From the NCBI GenBank assembly GCA_977018835.1, contig OZ361260.1, positions 2,542,001-2,606,000 of the forward strand: a DNA stretch of 64,000 nucleotides, written 5' to 3'. The notes under the pieces were generated by a model, which saw only the letters and a list, made by a program, of their open reading frames with translations, was not told where the DNA came from and did no database searches. Made by a program: the position numbers and the translations under genes. This stretch comes from Minutocellus sp. GHC0000111 (taxonomy: Eukaryota). Positions 1-11,000 of the stretch are shown in pieces (positions within the stretch are counted from its first letter, which is position 1; each line of letters starts with the position of its first letter).

Positions 1-7
1 CCCCCTC

Positions 8-493
8 ATGGCAAGTCTGACCCGCATCGACCCCGAAACCGCTGGCTCGTCCGAGGCCTCGGAACGGGAGAAGAAATTGCTGTACCCTGCCCTGGGTTTT
101 GCCGCCATTGGCTTCTTTGCCAGTCTGTTCATGACGGTAACGTCGATGGACACCATATCGGCCAAGCTGCAGCAATCGACGGAGGTCCTGTCCCAGCCCC
201 CCGTCATGAACAAGCAGTATGATGATGCATGCCGTGGTCTATGCAGCTCTCAGGATCAGCAGCTGGAGGATATGCGGTCGTTCATGAACAAGTTTGCCAA
301 AGATAAGGGAGCGGCGGCACCAGCGGCGGCAGTGAAAGTTGAGGCTCCTGCGCCGGTGCCAGCACCTGCTCCTGTTGTTGTTGAGACTCCAGCACCAGCT
401 CCGGTTGTCGTTGAGGAAGCCGCACCGGCACCAGTGCCGGCTGTAGTTGAATCTGCCCCTGCTGTGTCTGAGGTTGCTGCCACAGCTGAGTAA
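8..493 (+). CDS. Single-pass membrane protein with CRGLC..Q...L..MR.FM.KFAKD motif and Pro/Ala/Val/Glu-rich tail; probably 5'-partial; paralog of 549-1241
   Basis: 161-aa ORF with hydrophobic helix (LLYPALGFAAIGFFASLFM) and a ~30-aa motif shared with the neighbouring convergent gene. Confidence 0.7.
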   Translation: MASLTRIDPETAGSSEASEREKKLLYPALGFAAIGFFASLFMTVTSMDTISAKLQQSTEVLSQPPVMNKQYDDACRGLCSSQDQQLEDMRSFMNKFAKDKGAAAPAAAVKVEAPAPVPAPAPVVVETPAPAPVVVEEAAPAPVPAVVESAPAVSEVAATAE

Positions 494-548
494 TGCCTAC
501 ATTTGTAATTACATAATATACGACAATGCATGCGGAATAAAACACCGT

Positions 549-1241
549 TTATATTTCCACGCTACTCTCGCTATTAGGGGTGGCCAATGCTGGCGCATCA
601 CCGTCACGCTGAGCCTGATCTTTGGCAAACTTTCCCATAAAGTCTCGCATGCTGTCCAAGTCCGACTCTTGTGATCTGCCACAGCCCAATCCCCTACATT
701 GATTCGATTGGTCCAAATCTTTGCTATTGCTGCTATCAATCAGCGATACCTCTGCACCTTGGGGTGCCAGTATTGGATCTCCAGAGCTAGCAAATATCAT
801 CGCCGACGTGATGATGCCAAATATTGCGATTACAGCTGCTGGGAGCAAAACAACGAGCGATCCATCAATCGGCAACTCGATGGGAGTAAAGGAGGGCCTG
901 CTGGATACGTCATTATTATTTGTAGTCGTCGGCTGTGGCGAATCTGATGCTTCTCCGGCCATGAAATTTTCGTCTGTATTGCCATATCCTTCACTCTCGT
1001 GCAAACTCGAATCTTCATCAGCTGATAGATCAAGTTGCCAAGTACCGTATTTTCGTTTGTTGTGGGATATCATATTGAAGTGACGGAATAATGGTGCTGC
1101 AGGACGATGTCTTCGTCGGCAGATGGGCCTGGCGCTGCTTCTTTGCATCGGCATGTCATGTGTCCCAAACCCCTCCACCACATTCACGGTGAGAAGAAAC
1201 ACAAATAATGCGGTCGCCATGCCGTGAGATCTATCGTGCAT
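549..1241 (-). CDS. Putative plastid-targeted single-pass membrane protein of unknown function (start may be ATG at 1220)
   Basis: Signal peptide ending VVEG-F, transit-like region, TM helix VVLLPAAVIAIFGIITSAMIF, motif CRGLGCGRSQESDLDSMRDFMGKFAKD. Confidence 0.75.
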   Translation of the reverse strand: MHDRSHGMATALFVFLLTVNVVEGFGTHDMPMQRSSARPICRRRHRPAAPLFRHFNMISHNKRKYGTWQLDLSADEDSSLHESEGYGNTDENFMAGEASDSPQPTTTNNNDVSSRPSFTPIELPIDGSLVVLLPAAVIAIFGIITSAMIFASSGDPILAPQGAEVSLIDSSNSKDLDQSNQCRGLGCGRSQESDLDSMRDFMGKFAKDQAQRDGDAPALATPNSESSVEI

Positions 1242-1509
1242 CAGCCGGTATCCTCACTTACTTGCTCCCACACAAGGCCAAGCTAAGATGTGCTGAAAAT
1301 GTGAAATCGAAATAGCCTTCTGGTTAAAAAGCACTAAATGTGTCGTCTTTAGTGGATTTTGTCGTTGTGACACGACTTTCGCCACGCGCTAACGCAATGA
1401 AAGATCGGCTCTGCACCCGCTACTCCATTTATTTGCTCAATCAAGAGGGTGCAAGGTCAAGAACCAATACAAGCCGACAATCAAAAGCAACAAATCCAAC
1501 CGCACTATC

Positions 1510-2649
1510 ATGCCCAACCCACTCTTCGACGCAACCTCGAGCGAAAAGCCCAAGCTCCTTACCATATCCTTTGCCAGCGATCCATCGGCGTCACTCGGCG
1601 CTCAGCTGACAAATCTCGACCATGACGATCCCTCAGAAATGTTCACCCCCTGCTATGCTGCCATCTCGCGTCTGCTCGATGGTGAGACCATTGCTCGCAA
1701 ATGTGGCGTCCAGGCGGGAGATTGCATCGTCGCCGTCAATGGCCAGGGATATCGGCGCTTCAAGCCGGATTATTCGGAAGATGATTTGGAGGACTTGACA
1801 GCTGCCATTGAGGGCATAAGCGTCAGTTCGAATGATAACGACGAAGCCAAGAAGAACAAGGCAGCGGTGCTGACTGGCAAGAAGGCCGGAGGACACTACG
1901 CTGCCGTTCTAGATAAAATCAAGGAGGTTAAGAAGGCCGCCGACGCGGCCAACCCATTGTGTCTGCATTTGGAGTTGTACGATTGGGATGCGCGGGTCAA
2001 CTCGTGGCCAAGATTCCTTGTTGCCAGAGAAGGTCAAGTACCCGAGGCGATGATGATGATCCAGGAGCATGAGACTTGGAGGGAGGCCAAATTTCCGATC
2101 GATCTGACCAAGAAGGGTCTGCAGGACGTCTTCAAGGCAAAGGCGGTCGCAGAAGTGGATGTTGGTCACCAGGATCTTCCGCCCACCGTCTATGTCAACT
2201 TTGCCGCGTTGCAAAAACTGGAGGCAGACCACGACCCACAGGATGTGGTGGACGCATTCATTGTCTATACCGAGCTGCTCCTATCGAGATCGGATGATCC
2301 CCGCACGCTAAAGGCATCGCAATTTATCGACTTGACTGGGGTGAGCATCAGCAGCGGTTTACGCGTGGATATCTTGAAGCAGGTGTATGCTGCGTTTGAA
2401 CCCAATTATCCAGAAACGCTCCACAAGATGGTAATGTATCCTGTGTCAACTATGGTCAAGAAGACGGCTGGGATGCTTCTATCGTTCGTCAACGAAAACA
2501 CACAAAAGAAATTCGTCATTACCGACGATCTGGCCGTTGTGTGCAAGGAGCTTGGATGGGATAAAGCTGACGTGGAGGCTTGTGGCGGCGTTACGGAATT
2601 CATGCACAAGCACGAGAAGCATGGCGAGTCGCTCGTTCTGGACATCTAG
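1510..2649 (+). CDS. PDZ-like plus CRAL-TRIO (Sec14-like) lipid-binding domain protein
   Basis: ARKCGVQAGDCIVAVNG (PDZ); RFLVAR...A..M...H..WR (CRAL-TRIO N); FIDLTG and NYPETLHKMVMYP (Sec14 core). Confidence 0.85.
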   Translation: MPNPLFDATSSEKPKLLTISFASDPSASLGAQLTNLDHDDPSEMFTPCYAAISRLLDGETIARKCGVQAGDCIVAVNGQGYRRFKPDYSEDDLEDLTAAIEGISVSSNDNDEAKKNKAAVLTGKKAGGHYAAVLDKIKEVKKAADAANPLCLHLELYDWDARVNSWPRFLVAREGQVPEAMMMIQEHETWREAKFPIDLTKKGLQDVFKAKAVAEVDVGHQDLPPTVYVNFAALQKLEADHDPQDVVDAFIVYTELLLSRSDDPRTLKASQFIDLTGVSISSGLRVDILKQVYAAFEPNYPETLHKMVMYPVSTMVKKTAGMLLSFVNENTQKKFVITDDLAVVCKELGWDKADVEACGGVTEFMHKHEKHGESLVLDI

Positions 2650-2893
2650 TTAGCTCCAAGCTTAATTCAGTGCAGAGAATGGCAACCCTCATCTATGTCA
2701 TTATTGTCAATCTTTCACGGGGTAATAACTCCTCAAAACGGACCTTGCCAGCAGCAGCCATATATACCGATAATCGATCCTAAAATGAACCTATTGAAAG
2801 CACAAGCATTTTTTCTGGTCCCTGGACAAATTCCGGAGGAATGCAGCGCATCATTATGCAAAGAGTATCTACCATTGTAACCAAATTCTAAAA

Positions 2894-3618
2894 TCAGTCC
2901 TCCTTCCGTGTGCGCCTCGAACGTCGCGGAGCTGCCGCTGCCGCTGCTGCCGCCTGCTCAGCCGGAACCTCCTCGACCGTCTCATTGCCATCCGCATCGA
3001 CAATAATCCGCCGGTGAACCACCTTCTTCTTTCTTCGGACCTTTGGCCAGGCAATGAAGGGCTTGGGCTCGTTCCGAGTGAATCCACCAGTCTGGAATCC
3101 CACGATGCATATGAGGACTAAAGTAACTGCAGGTATCAGACACATTTCATGATTTGTGTTTGTTTCGAAAGAAGGGGTTGAAATATCAGTATGTGGGAAT
3201 ATCGATTGGTATCATTGGCAACATCAGTGTACCTAGGCACGGTACCAACGCATTCGTGATGCGAGATTCGAGGACACCGAAAAGTAGCACCACAAAACTT
3301 ACGCATAAATGGGAATACAAAGTCTTTGTCAAAATCGATGAGGCTGGCATCCGATTTGCCCTCGGCCACGTTGGAAAGGTAGCTGATGAACATGCCACAG
3401 AAACCCATCACCGTAGGCAGACCAATGAAGAGGAGGAACCGACCAATGAATGACGGACGCTTCTTCCGCATGACTTGCTCGGAGGCCGCATCGAGATTCC
3501 TTCTGTTGCGATCGTTCTGTTGCTGCTGACTAAAGGCCGTGGAGGAGGCAGTGTCCGGACCGGCCGCGGCATCCGCACCTGTTGCCGCCTTGTTCTTTCG
3601 TTGGCGCAGTTCGGGCAT
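2894..3618 (-). CDS. Small two-TM hypothetical protein, 2 exons (3618-3303, 3126-2894)
   Basis: GTAAGT donor at 3302 and CAG acceptor at 3129-3127 join FVFPFM-L-TLVLICIVGFQTGGF in phase 1. Confidence 0.7.
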
Positions 3619-4118
3619 GTTGGTGGTTGGGTGGGAGGCGGATTATGGTGGTGGTCGTGCTGGTCAATTTGACTGGTGGTGGTGTGGGTGCCGGCGAGCA
3701 TGATTCGATTTGCTGTCTGTGGCGGGTGCGCGGCGAATCTCGACACCTGGGGGCTAACTCCCCGGTTTTGGTTCGCAGGGCCGAAGGGTTCGCTGACATT
3801 GGTGTCAAGCGCGCGCGCTTCGAACACTTCATGCGCATCAAGGGCGGCGGCTATGACTTGAAAGCAAGAGCGGCACGATCGAAAAGACAATAGCCGGATT
3901 TCATTCAAAGAACACAAACGAAGTAAGTTCAAGAACCCAGCGATGGTGAGCCCCGTGAGGGGCACCAACCAAGAAGTGGAGTAGCACAGCAGCGCGCAAT
4001 CCAAAACACATCTCACCTCACATATTTCTCCTCCTTTTCGCCTCTTTGATTCTGAAACAGATTTAACCCCGCATCTCAATCACACGAAATACACAACTCG
4101 GCAATAAGTATCATCCGC

Positions 4119-6371
4119 ATGCTACCACCCACTATTCTTGCTCTTCTACTCGCAGCGAACCTCTTCGTTGACCCGACCGGTGCCGTGACGACGGACCGGG
4201 TCGTCCTGAAGGAAGATCAGCGGTACTGCGTCTCTAGGAGTGGCTCAAATATTGAGCTTCAACGCTGTTCCGGAACCAACGACTATCAGGAATGGAATTT
4301 CGACGGTGGGGGAGAGTGGAGGTCGGCAGCTAACGACAATGACTGCATGTCGGTCGACACGGTGACATCGACGGCGTTGCTAACGCTGGGAAGCGGTTCC
4401 AGCGGTGGATACCGGGAGTGGGAACACGAAACAGATCAGACGATTCGCCCCATTAACAACCCCGACGATTACTGCATCACTTACGAAGCTGACACCCCGC
4501 ACGATGGTGATAGCATAAAGACCACACCCTGCTCCAACGGTGGGACGGACGATTCATGGGAGTGGGCCATAACTCGATACCAGATGATGGTTCTGGACTC
4601 GGACAGTGATTATTGCATCGGCCCCAAAGGTTCCATCGCAAATGGCGTGTACCTAGAGCTTCAGGACTGCGACGACGGAGATAATTCCCAGCTCTTTCGA
4701 CTTGTGGACGGTGGTACCATCCGACCCTATTCCAATAGTGATCTATGTGTCGACAGCACAAGCACCGACCGGCTTCGCCTCGAAACTTGTAATGACTCGA
4801 GAGGACAAAACTGGTACAGAGCAAGTAGCTCTAGGGTTCGCAACGATGCATCTGGTGATTGCGTGCGTTATGAAACGTCCACCCCAACGACGGGGAGAGA
4901 TATCATTGTCGATTATTCCTGCTCATCAAGCGATCCTTTCCGTTGGGACTTTGTGAACCAGGAGGATTGGTCCTCTTCTTCATCGAGTGCCAACGAGATG
5001 CTTGTCCTTCGAACCAACACAGACTACTGCATAGGGTTGGAGAATGGCGTCGCCGCTGTCAGAAACCGGCTTGAGCTTGCCCGGTGCAATGAGAACGATG
5101 ACAGCTTTTACTGGGAGTATTCGTCCAAACATTTGAGGCCCAAAGAGGACAACCGCCTCTGTGCTGAAGTCGATGGTACTGAAGAGGGGGAACAAGTCCG
5201 GCTCCGGTCATGTTCCAGCACCGAAGAAAATATGAAGTTTGACTATTTGAGTATCGACGAGGAATTTGCGCTTGAACGTGATAATACTGTATGTCTTTCA
5301 TTTCTGGGAAACACTAATAACAATGGTAAGCCGATCGTCCTCGACCAATGCTTGAAGAATAGTCGCCAGATGTGGGCTCGGACCGAGAGAGTTGACTATC
5401 CCCCGGCACAATATACCAGCGAGAGCACGACGCCTGCTAACCAACTGATTGTAGCCGACGATGACAACAGGTTCTGCATAACCGTCACTTCGACTAGTCC
5501 AAACGGACTCCTCAAGCTAGATAATTGTAACATTGACGATGACAAGCAGAAATGGACGCTAACTTCCGGAGGGAAGCTCTACCCAATGCAAAACCAGAGT
5601 GAGTACTACGTAGCTCTATAACATTCGATGACCGGGCTTTTCTGCAATCACTCCAATTGCACACACTCACTTCTTGTGAATCTTGACTATCCTATATATC
5701 TATCATTCCCATCAGATGTCTGTGTCGACGTGGATTCCCTGCAGGAAGGAAAGGTACTGTACCTCCAAACGTGTGATTCCTTAAATCAGAACTTGTGGGC
5801 ATACGACGCTAGCACACTCAAGGCTGGCAGTAGTAATCTCTGCATGACCTATGCTTCTACTTCGCCCAGCATTGCCGCGAACGATGTCATCGAACTCGCG
5901 CAGTGTACAAGTGCAGCGACGTGGACTTGGTATGACGTTGCCGCCTATACTTCGGGAATTGCTGGCAGATCCTTCGAGAAGGTTCATATCGTGAGCATGG
6001 AGGACAGCAGTAAGTGTCTCTCTGTCTCATCAGCCTCCAACAGAGCTGATGTCATTTATGCGAATTGCAATCTCAGCGACCAACGGCAGAATTGGGCAAC
6101 CAACTACACGAATTTGTGCATTCAAGTCCTGCGTTACACCGTCGGAACAGATGTGAAGCTTCGAGAATGCGACAGTAGCAAGCAGTCTCAGCAATTTGTT
6201 TTCGATGGCAACCACGATAGTGAGATCACACCCGTCATCACTGCCGACCTTTGTTTGACGTATGACACTCGTAGGCGCCTTCGCGATCGAAGCTTACAAT
6301 TCCTAAGACGCAAGATGACTCTCGAGCTATGCAATGGTTCAGATGGTCAGGGGTGGATCTTCAATGACTGA
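4119..6371 (+). CDS. Secreted multi-domain ricin-B (beta-trefoil, QxW repeat) lectin-like protein; intron 5599-5715
   Basis: Signal peptide; many C-x(10-16)-L..C...Q.W/F repeats; GTGAGT donor and ATCAG acceptor join the two ORFs in frame. Confidence 0.85.
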
Positions 6372-6650
6372 GCAAGGTGGATCCAGAGCATTTGAGAAAT
6401 GAATTGAAATCTGTTTTATTGTGCCTTTTAGATACCAGAAATGCAGCAGGTGTTTGTATTGATTGTTTATATCTACCGTATGTTACACGCAATGGATAAA
6501 ATTCATAGAAGAGAAAGATTGATAGAGTCTACATAAGAGTCTCGAAGTTCTGTGTAGAAAGTCACTGTTCGATGTGAGATGCAGGAGGCGCTGCCCGCTT
6601 CTTGCTTGCAGCAGAACGGCCTGGCCGTCGGTGCGTTTTGCAGCGGCTGC

Positions 6651-6686
6651 TACCTAGGCCTAGGTAGGCCTACCTAGGCCTAGGTA
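6651..6686. repeat. Perfect 36-bp nested palindrome TACCTAGGCCTAGGTA-GGCC-TACCTAGGCCTAGGTA
   Basis: Read directly; each 16-mer and the whole 36-mer are self-complementary. Confidence 0.95.
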
Positions 6687-6986
6687 CATGTTGCAATGAC
6701 GAGTGGTGCTCCCGCGTCGGGGTGGTTTTGGTGAGGAAATGTGCGCGGCACCAGGGGGGACCATCTGGTGCTCGTCGTGCGTACCTAGGTACATGTACAT
6801 GTATTCTGCGAGTTGTTATCGCTCTTGGGTTGGGTTCTTGCGTTTATCATGTTGTTGGTGCAGATGTCCCGGGCGGCCTCTAATGTGATGATCGCAGTGA
6901 TTTATCTTTGTTGTTAGTTAGTTTATACGGAGCGTTGCCCCGGCACTTCGTGCTATTAGCTTTGGTGTGTTTGTGTGCCATCCTTT

Positions 6987-7877
6987 ATGCGTAGGTCGAG
7001 CATCTCCAGTCAGGGCTCATCCTCTTCAACGGGGGCGAGCATTGAGCTTTCTCGGTTCGTTAACGGGCCATCATTTATTGGGCGTGAGCTGGCTCGGCGC
7101 ATCGTGTTGATGTCCACTATACTTGGTCCTGGTAGTGACGGCGCTGCTGAGAATGACGCTTGGTCTGGCGTGGTTATGTCCCTTCTCGGTCATTCTTGTA
7201 CAGTCCGATTTTTTCGTTGGGTGGAGAGCACTTATGTTCCTCAGTATTTATCATCAGCGTATTCCGGTCTCAGGAGCAGTCAATTGGAAGCCGATGGCAC
7301 GATGAGGAGTATGATGGCCGTGTCTTCTTTGTCGGCTGCTTGTAGGGATTTATTCTACATTCGCCAGCTTCTTTGTGAAATATTTGTTCTTTTCTTTCGC
7401 GTCTCCGAGCGTGGCAGGGTCGTCGAGCGGTATGCTGATGACATCCAGTGGGGCATGGTGTCAGCTCTTGTGTCCTCGTCGAGATATCATCGGTACTTGT
7501 TTGATCACCGCCTCATGGAGTACGTTGGTTGTCTTCACTTTCGTAGTGATCCATTCGGATCTCGAGTTTTACTGCGAGGAAGCACATTCTTGCATTTTAT
7601 CTGTCGCCAGAGTCATGAGTATCTTCCTCGTGTAATATCAGAATATCACCGTTTTAATGTTCAATTTGGTGGTGATATTCACGCTCGGCAGAGGCATCAC
7701 AAGTATGGTTCTCCTGCTCATCATTTTCGTAGATTCCATGATATTCACACTCATGGGAATCACAGCGACATGTTTGCATCTGGATCATCGACCTTCGAAC
7801 TGTTGCGGGAATTATTCAGGGGCGGTGAGGCTTATAATAGGTCTATATATGACGGGGATGATTATGGTCAGGTTTAG
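6987..7877 (+). CDS. Orphan hypothetical protein (~296 aa, His/Arg-rich C-terminus), putative element cargo
   Basis: Uninterrupted ORF with T-rich composition unlike host genes; no recognised domain. Confidence 0.45.
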   Translation: MRRSSISSQGSSSSTGASIELSRFVNGPSFIGRELARRIVLMSTILGPGSDGAAENDAWSGVVMSLLGHSCTVRFFRWVESTYVPQYLSSAYSGLRSSQLEADGTMRSMMAVSSLSAACRDLFYIRQLLCEIFVLFFRVSERGRVVERYADDIQWGMVSALVSSSRYHRYLFDHRLMEYVGCLHFRSDPFGSRVLLRGSTFLHFICRQSHEYLPRVISEYHRFNVQFGGDIHARQRHHKYGSPAHHFRRFHDIHTHGNHSDMFASGSSTFELLRELFRGGEAYNRSIYDGDDYGQV

Positions 7878-8005
7878 CATGCTGCATAAGTGAGTGTGGT
7901 CTTCATCTCTCCGTTTTATGTGCACGTGCTATGTTCATCTTAGGGTGGTATTTTATTGGGCACGTGCTCATATATAATATATATAATTATTTCTCTAATA
8001 TGTAA

Positions 8006-11000
8006 TCATATACCTGAAGGACTATCTTCATCACCATTGGATTTTGCCTCTTCATTGTTCAGATCATTTCCAAGATTTCGATTTTGTACAGGGGAAGCAT
8101 GATCTCCATTTTGATCTTGGACAGCAATATCACTAGTCCCAGCTGAAGTTGGTGTTTGGGACGAGTCCTGCGTTTCATACATTCCTAGCTCCGAGAAGGA
8201 GTGGGGAGTCACCATTTTGACTCTGGGCGACTTGATCCTTTTTGCTGTGGCGTTGAGGTCCTTTGCCAACGCTCTTCTCCATTTGTTTAGGTGGGTGAGG
8301 ATTGTCACCACGTCGTTGGGATTTTCTTGGACTAACTTTTTCAGGTCGCTCTTACTAAGTTTCCTGAACGGATCATGTCTCAGTTCCTCGGCAGCAGCGG
8401 TCATCACCCCGACGGTCACGTCTTTGATCGTATCCTTTTCTTCCATTTTCCTACGGTTGCTGTGGGGATTTGCATCACCATCACGGAGTGCTTTGGCGTA
8501 CCTTATAACTTGTTGCATTTTGGGACTATGGCTAGTATCACGGGCCGGTGGCGACTCTTGAGCGGCATCACCTGCGACTACTTCCTCATTTTGTCGCGGT
8601 GATGACTTCATTCTTTTTGCTCGTCTTGACTGGTCTTGGCCCCCGACTTGTTCCTCGGAATTATCTTGATTCTCATTCGCGTCGTCAGCATTTTGCCTTG
8701 CACTGTTATCTGCATTGGTTGGTTTTGTTGTTAATTTTGACGTTGGTGTAGGCGATCGTCGTCGTTTGGCTGCTGTCGATTGGAAAATAGAAATATTAAA
8801 TTTGAGTAAGGGATACCAGGAAAGAGCAATTATCGAAGAATACCACGGGGTATTCAAAAGGAAGAGGCGAGCTTCAATTATTCATATCGTACCTTTTGAC
8901 CCTGGATCTTTGGCTTTCCATAATCGTTGAGCAAGATTGGGATCATTCTTGTCCTCCTCAGCGGGCTCGTCAATTTGCAGTCTCACCATGGCTGCGAATC
9001 GGAATTCTTTCCTGAGGTACAATATCTCGTCACTTGTTGACTTGAATCCAACAATGCAAGTTTTATCGTCGAGGTCGGTGTCCGTTGGAATCTGATCTCG
9101 TCTCATCGTTGACGACGAGAAGAGGAACCAATCGTCTTCGTTCTTGAGATCCTTGATTCTCTTCTTCATTGCGTCGCTCTGCAGATATCCTGCGTCTAGT
9201 GCTTCCCTCAGCACGGAGACGTATGTAGCCATTGCTAATGATAGCACGTCCGTTGGGGGAGAATTCGATCTGGACGTCCACTCTGTCCTGTTCTTGTAGG
9301 CTGTGGCAAGGATCGTATCTGTCATGTGATCTCTTTCTCGGCCGATGCTTCGTTGTGACGATCATTCTGATAAGCTCGATATCCCTGCACTAGCATCGAT
9401 TTCTCTGCCGACCAGTTTGAGACCTCAACCGTCGTGAATCCTTTGGTCGCCAGGGCAACTTCGGTGAATTCCTTGGTTATTTCTGACAGAGCATTGTAGA
9501 AGATGTGATTCCTGATGGCCTCCAATTTATATGTCGGCAGATTATCGAGGGTGCTGTCGATCACTCCCTTGAGCTTCTTTGTTCCTCTTGCGCCTTTGCT
9601 CTGTTTCCCGGCGATAGTTGATGCCACGTTCCGCAGAAACGCCCATATAAGTTCAAGCTTGTTGTACGAAGCCATCTTTGGATCCTGAGAAAGTGCCATT
9701 TGGAAGGTGATGAGGGCGGAGGGGTTGAGGGCCATCATCGATGCAAGATCAAGTGTTCCTCTGATTTCTTTGGTCAGCGTGAAGGTGCTCTTTTGCTTCG
9801 GGGCCTCGAATTTGTGAACTCCATACGATATTCTGTGACCAATTGCGTTATGGAATTTGGCGTCGTCATCACAGTCGGGATCCTTTTGATATCCTCGAGC
9901 CAGAAGCTTGATCTGCGCTACCACCATTTCGAGTTTCTTTTCTGGCGTTACTTCATCGCCATTTGTCTTTACCTTCGAGATTTCTTCTCTTCCCCAGAGC
10001 GAGGTCGCAGTTAGATTCTTTGCGAGGGCGAAAGCCGCTGCCCCCCTAACGGACATGAGTGTTCCTTCGAGAGTACCACCACTCTCCATGAGACATGATT
10101 CTACGGTGTGATGCTTAATTTCCTTGGCCTGGCTGGCAGCATTGAGATCTTTGAGCATGTTGCTGAGTTGCGAGAAATTGGTTTGTCCCGATGATTGCTG
10201 AGCAGCACGAGCATTAAGGTCACTGACTGCTCTGAGGTGGTCTACATCTCGTGTGAAATGAAGAACCGTGACATTGACCTTGTCGAGGATCTGTGAATCA
10301 GCGTGCAACACGTTGGATCCTTGATTATGGTAGCATTCCATTTGCTTCCGCAGCGTCGGGTTGGTCACGTCAAAGGAGCGATTGCTATCATCACCATTTG
10401 GCAAACCGAATGTTTTCATCCACGATGCGAGACCACGGTGCTGGCCATCAATGTTGCAACCAATAAAATTGTAACTCATTGACGTTGGAAAGGTTGATCC
10501 GAGACGACGGCGAGACAAGTAAATCACCATGTCATACCGCGCCCGCAAGACATAGTGAGTTCTTTTCATCCCTGTATATCGGTCCAAGTCTCGAAGAAGA
10601 GGTTCCCTATGCGCAAAGAGAGGAAATATTCGTGAGTGTTCAAATTCTGTTTGAATACCTCTTGGTATTTAACCAGAAAATAAAAATCAGCACTTACCCT
10701 TCGATCTCACTATTCTTGTCCTTCTCTATGAATGATTCGATGCTCGCAATGTCTTTTGCCAAGCCTTCGGCAATTTTTGAGCACTCGTCATGATAATCCT
10801 GGTTCCAATTCTCCTCTATTCTTCCCTTTTCAATGGTTTCCTGGATGTTTTTTTCGGCTTCTTCATAGCTTCCTGCTGACAGCATGACATAATACAGTAC
10901 CTTGGGTCCTGAACACTCGACCACGTGCCGCTTTACTGTTGACTCGCCACTCGCGACGCCGTATTCTGCATCGAACACAAGATCCTCCTCATCATTATCT

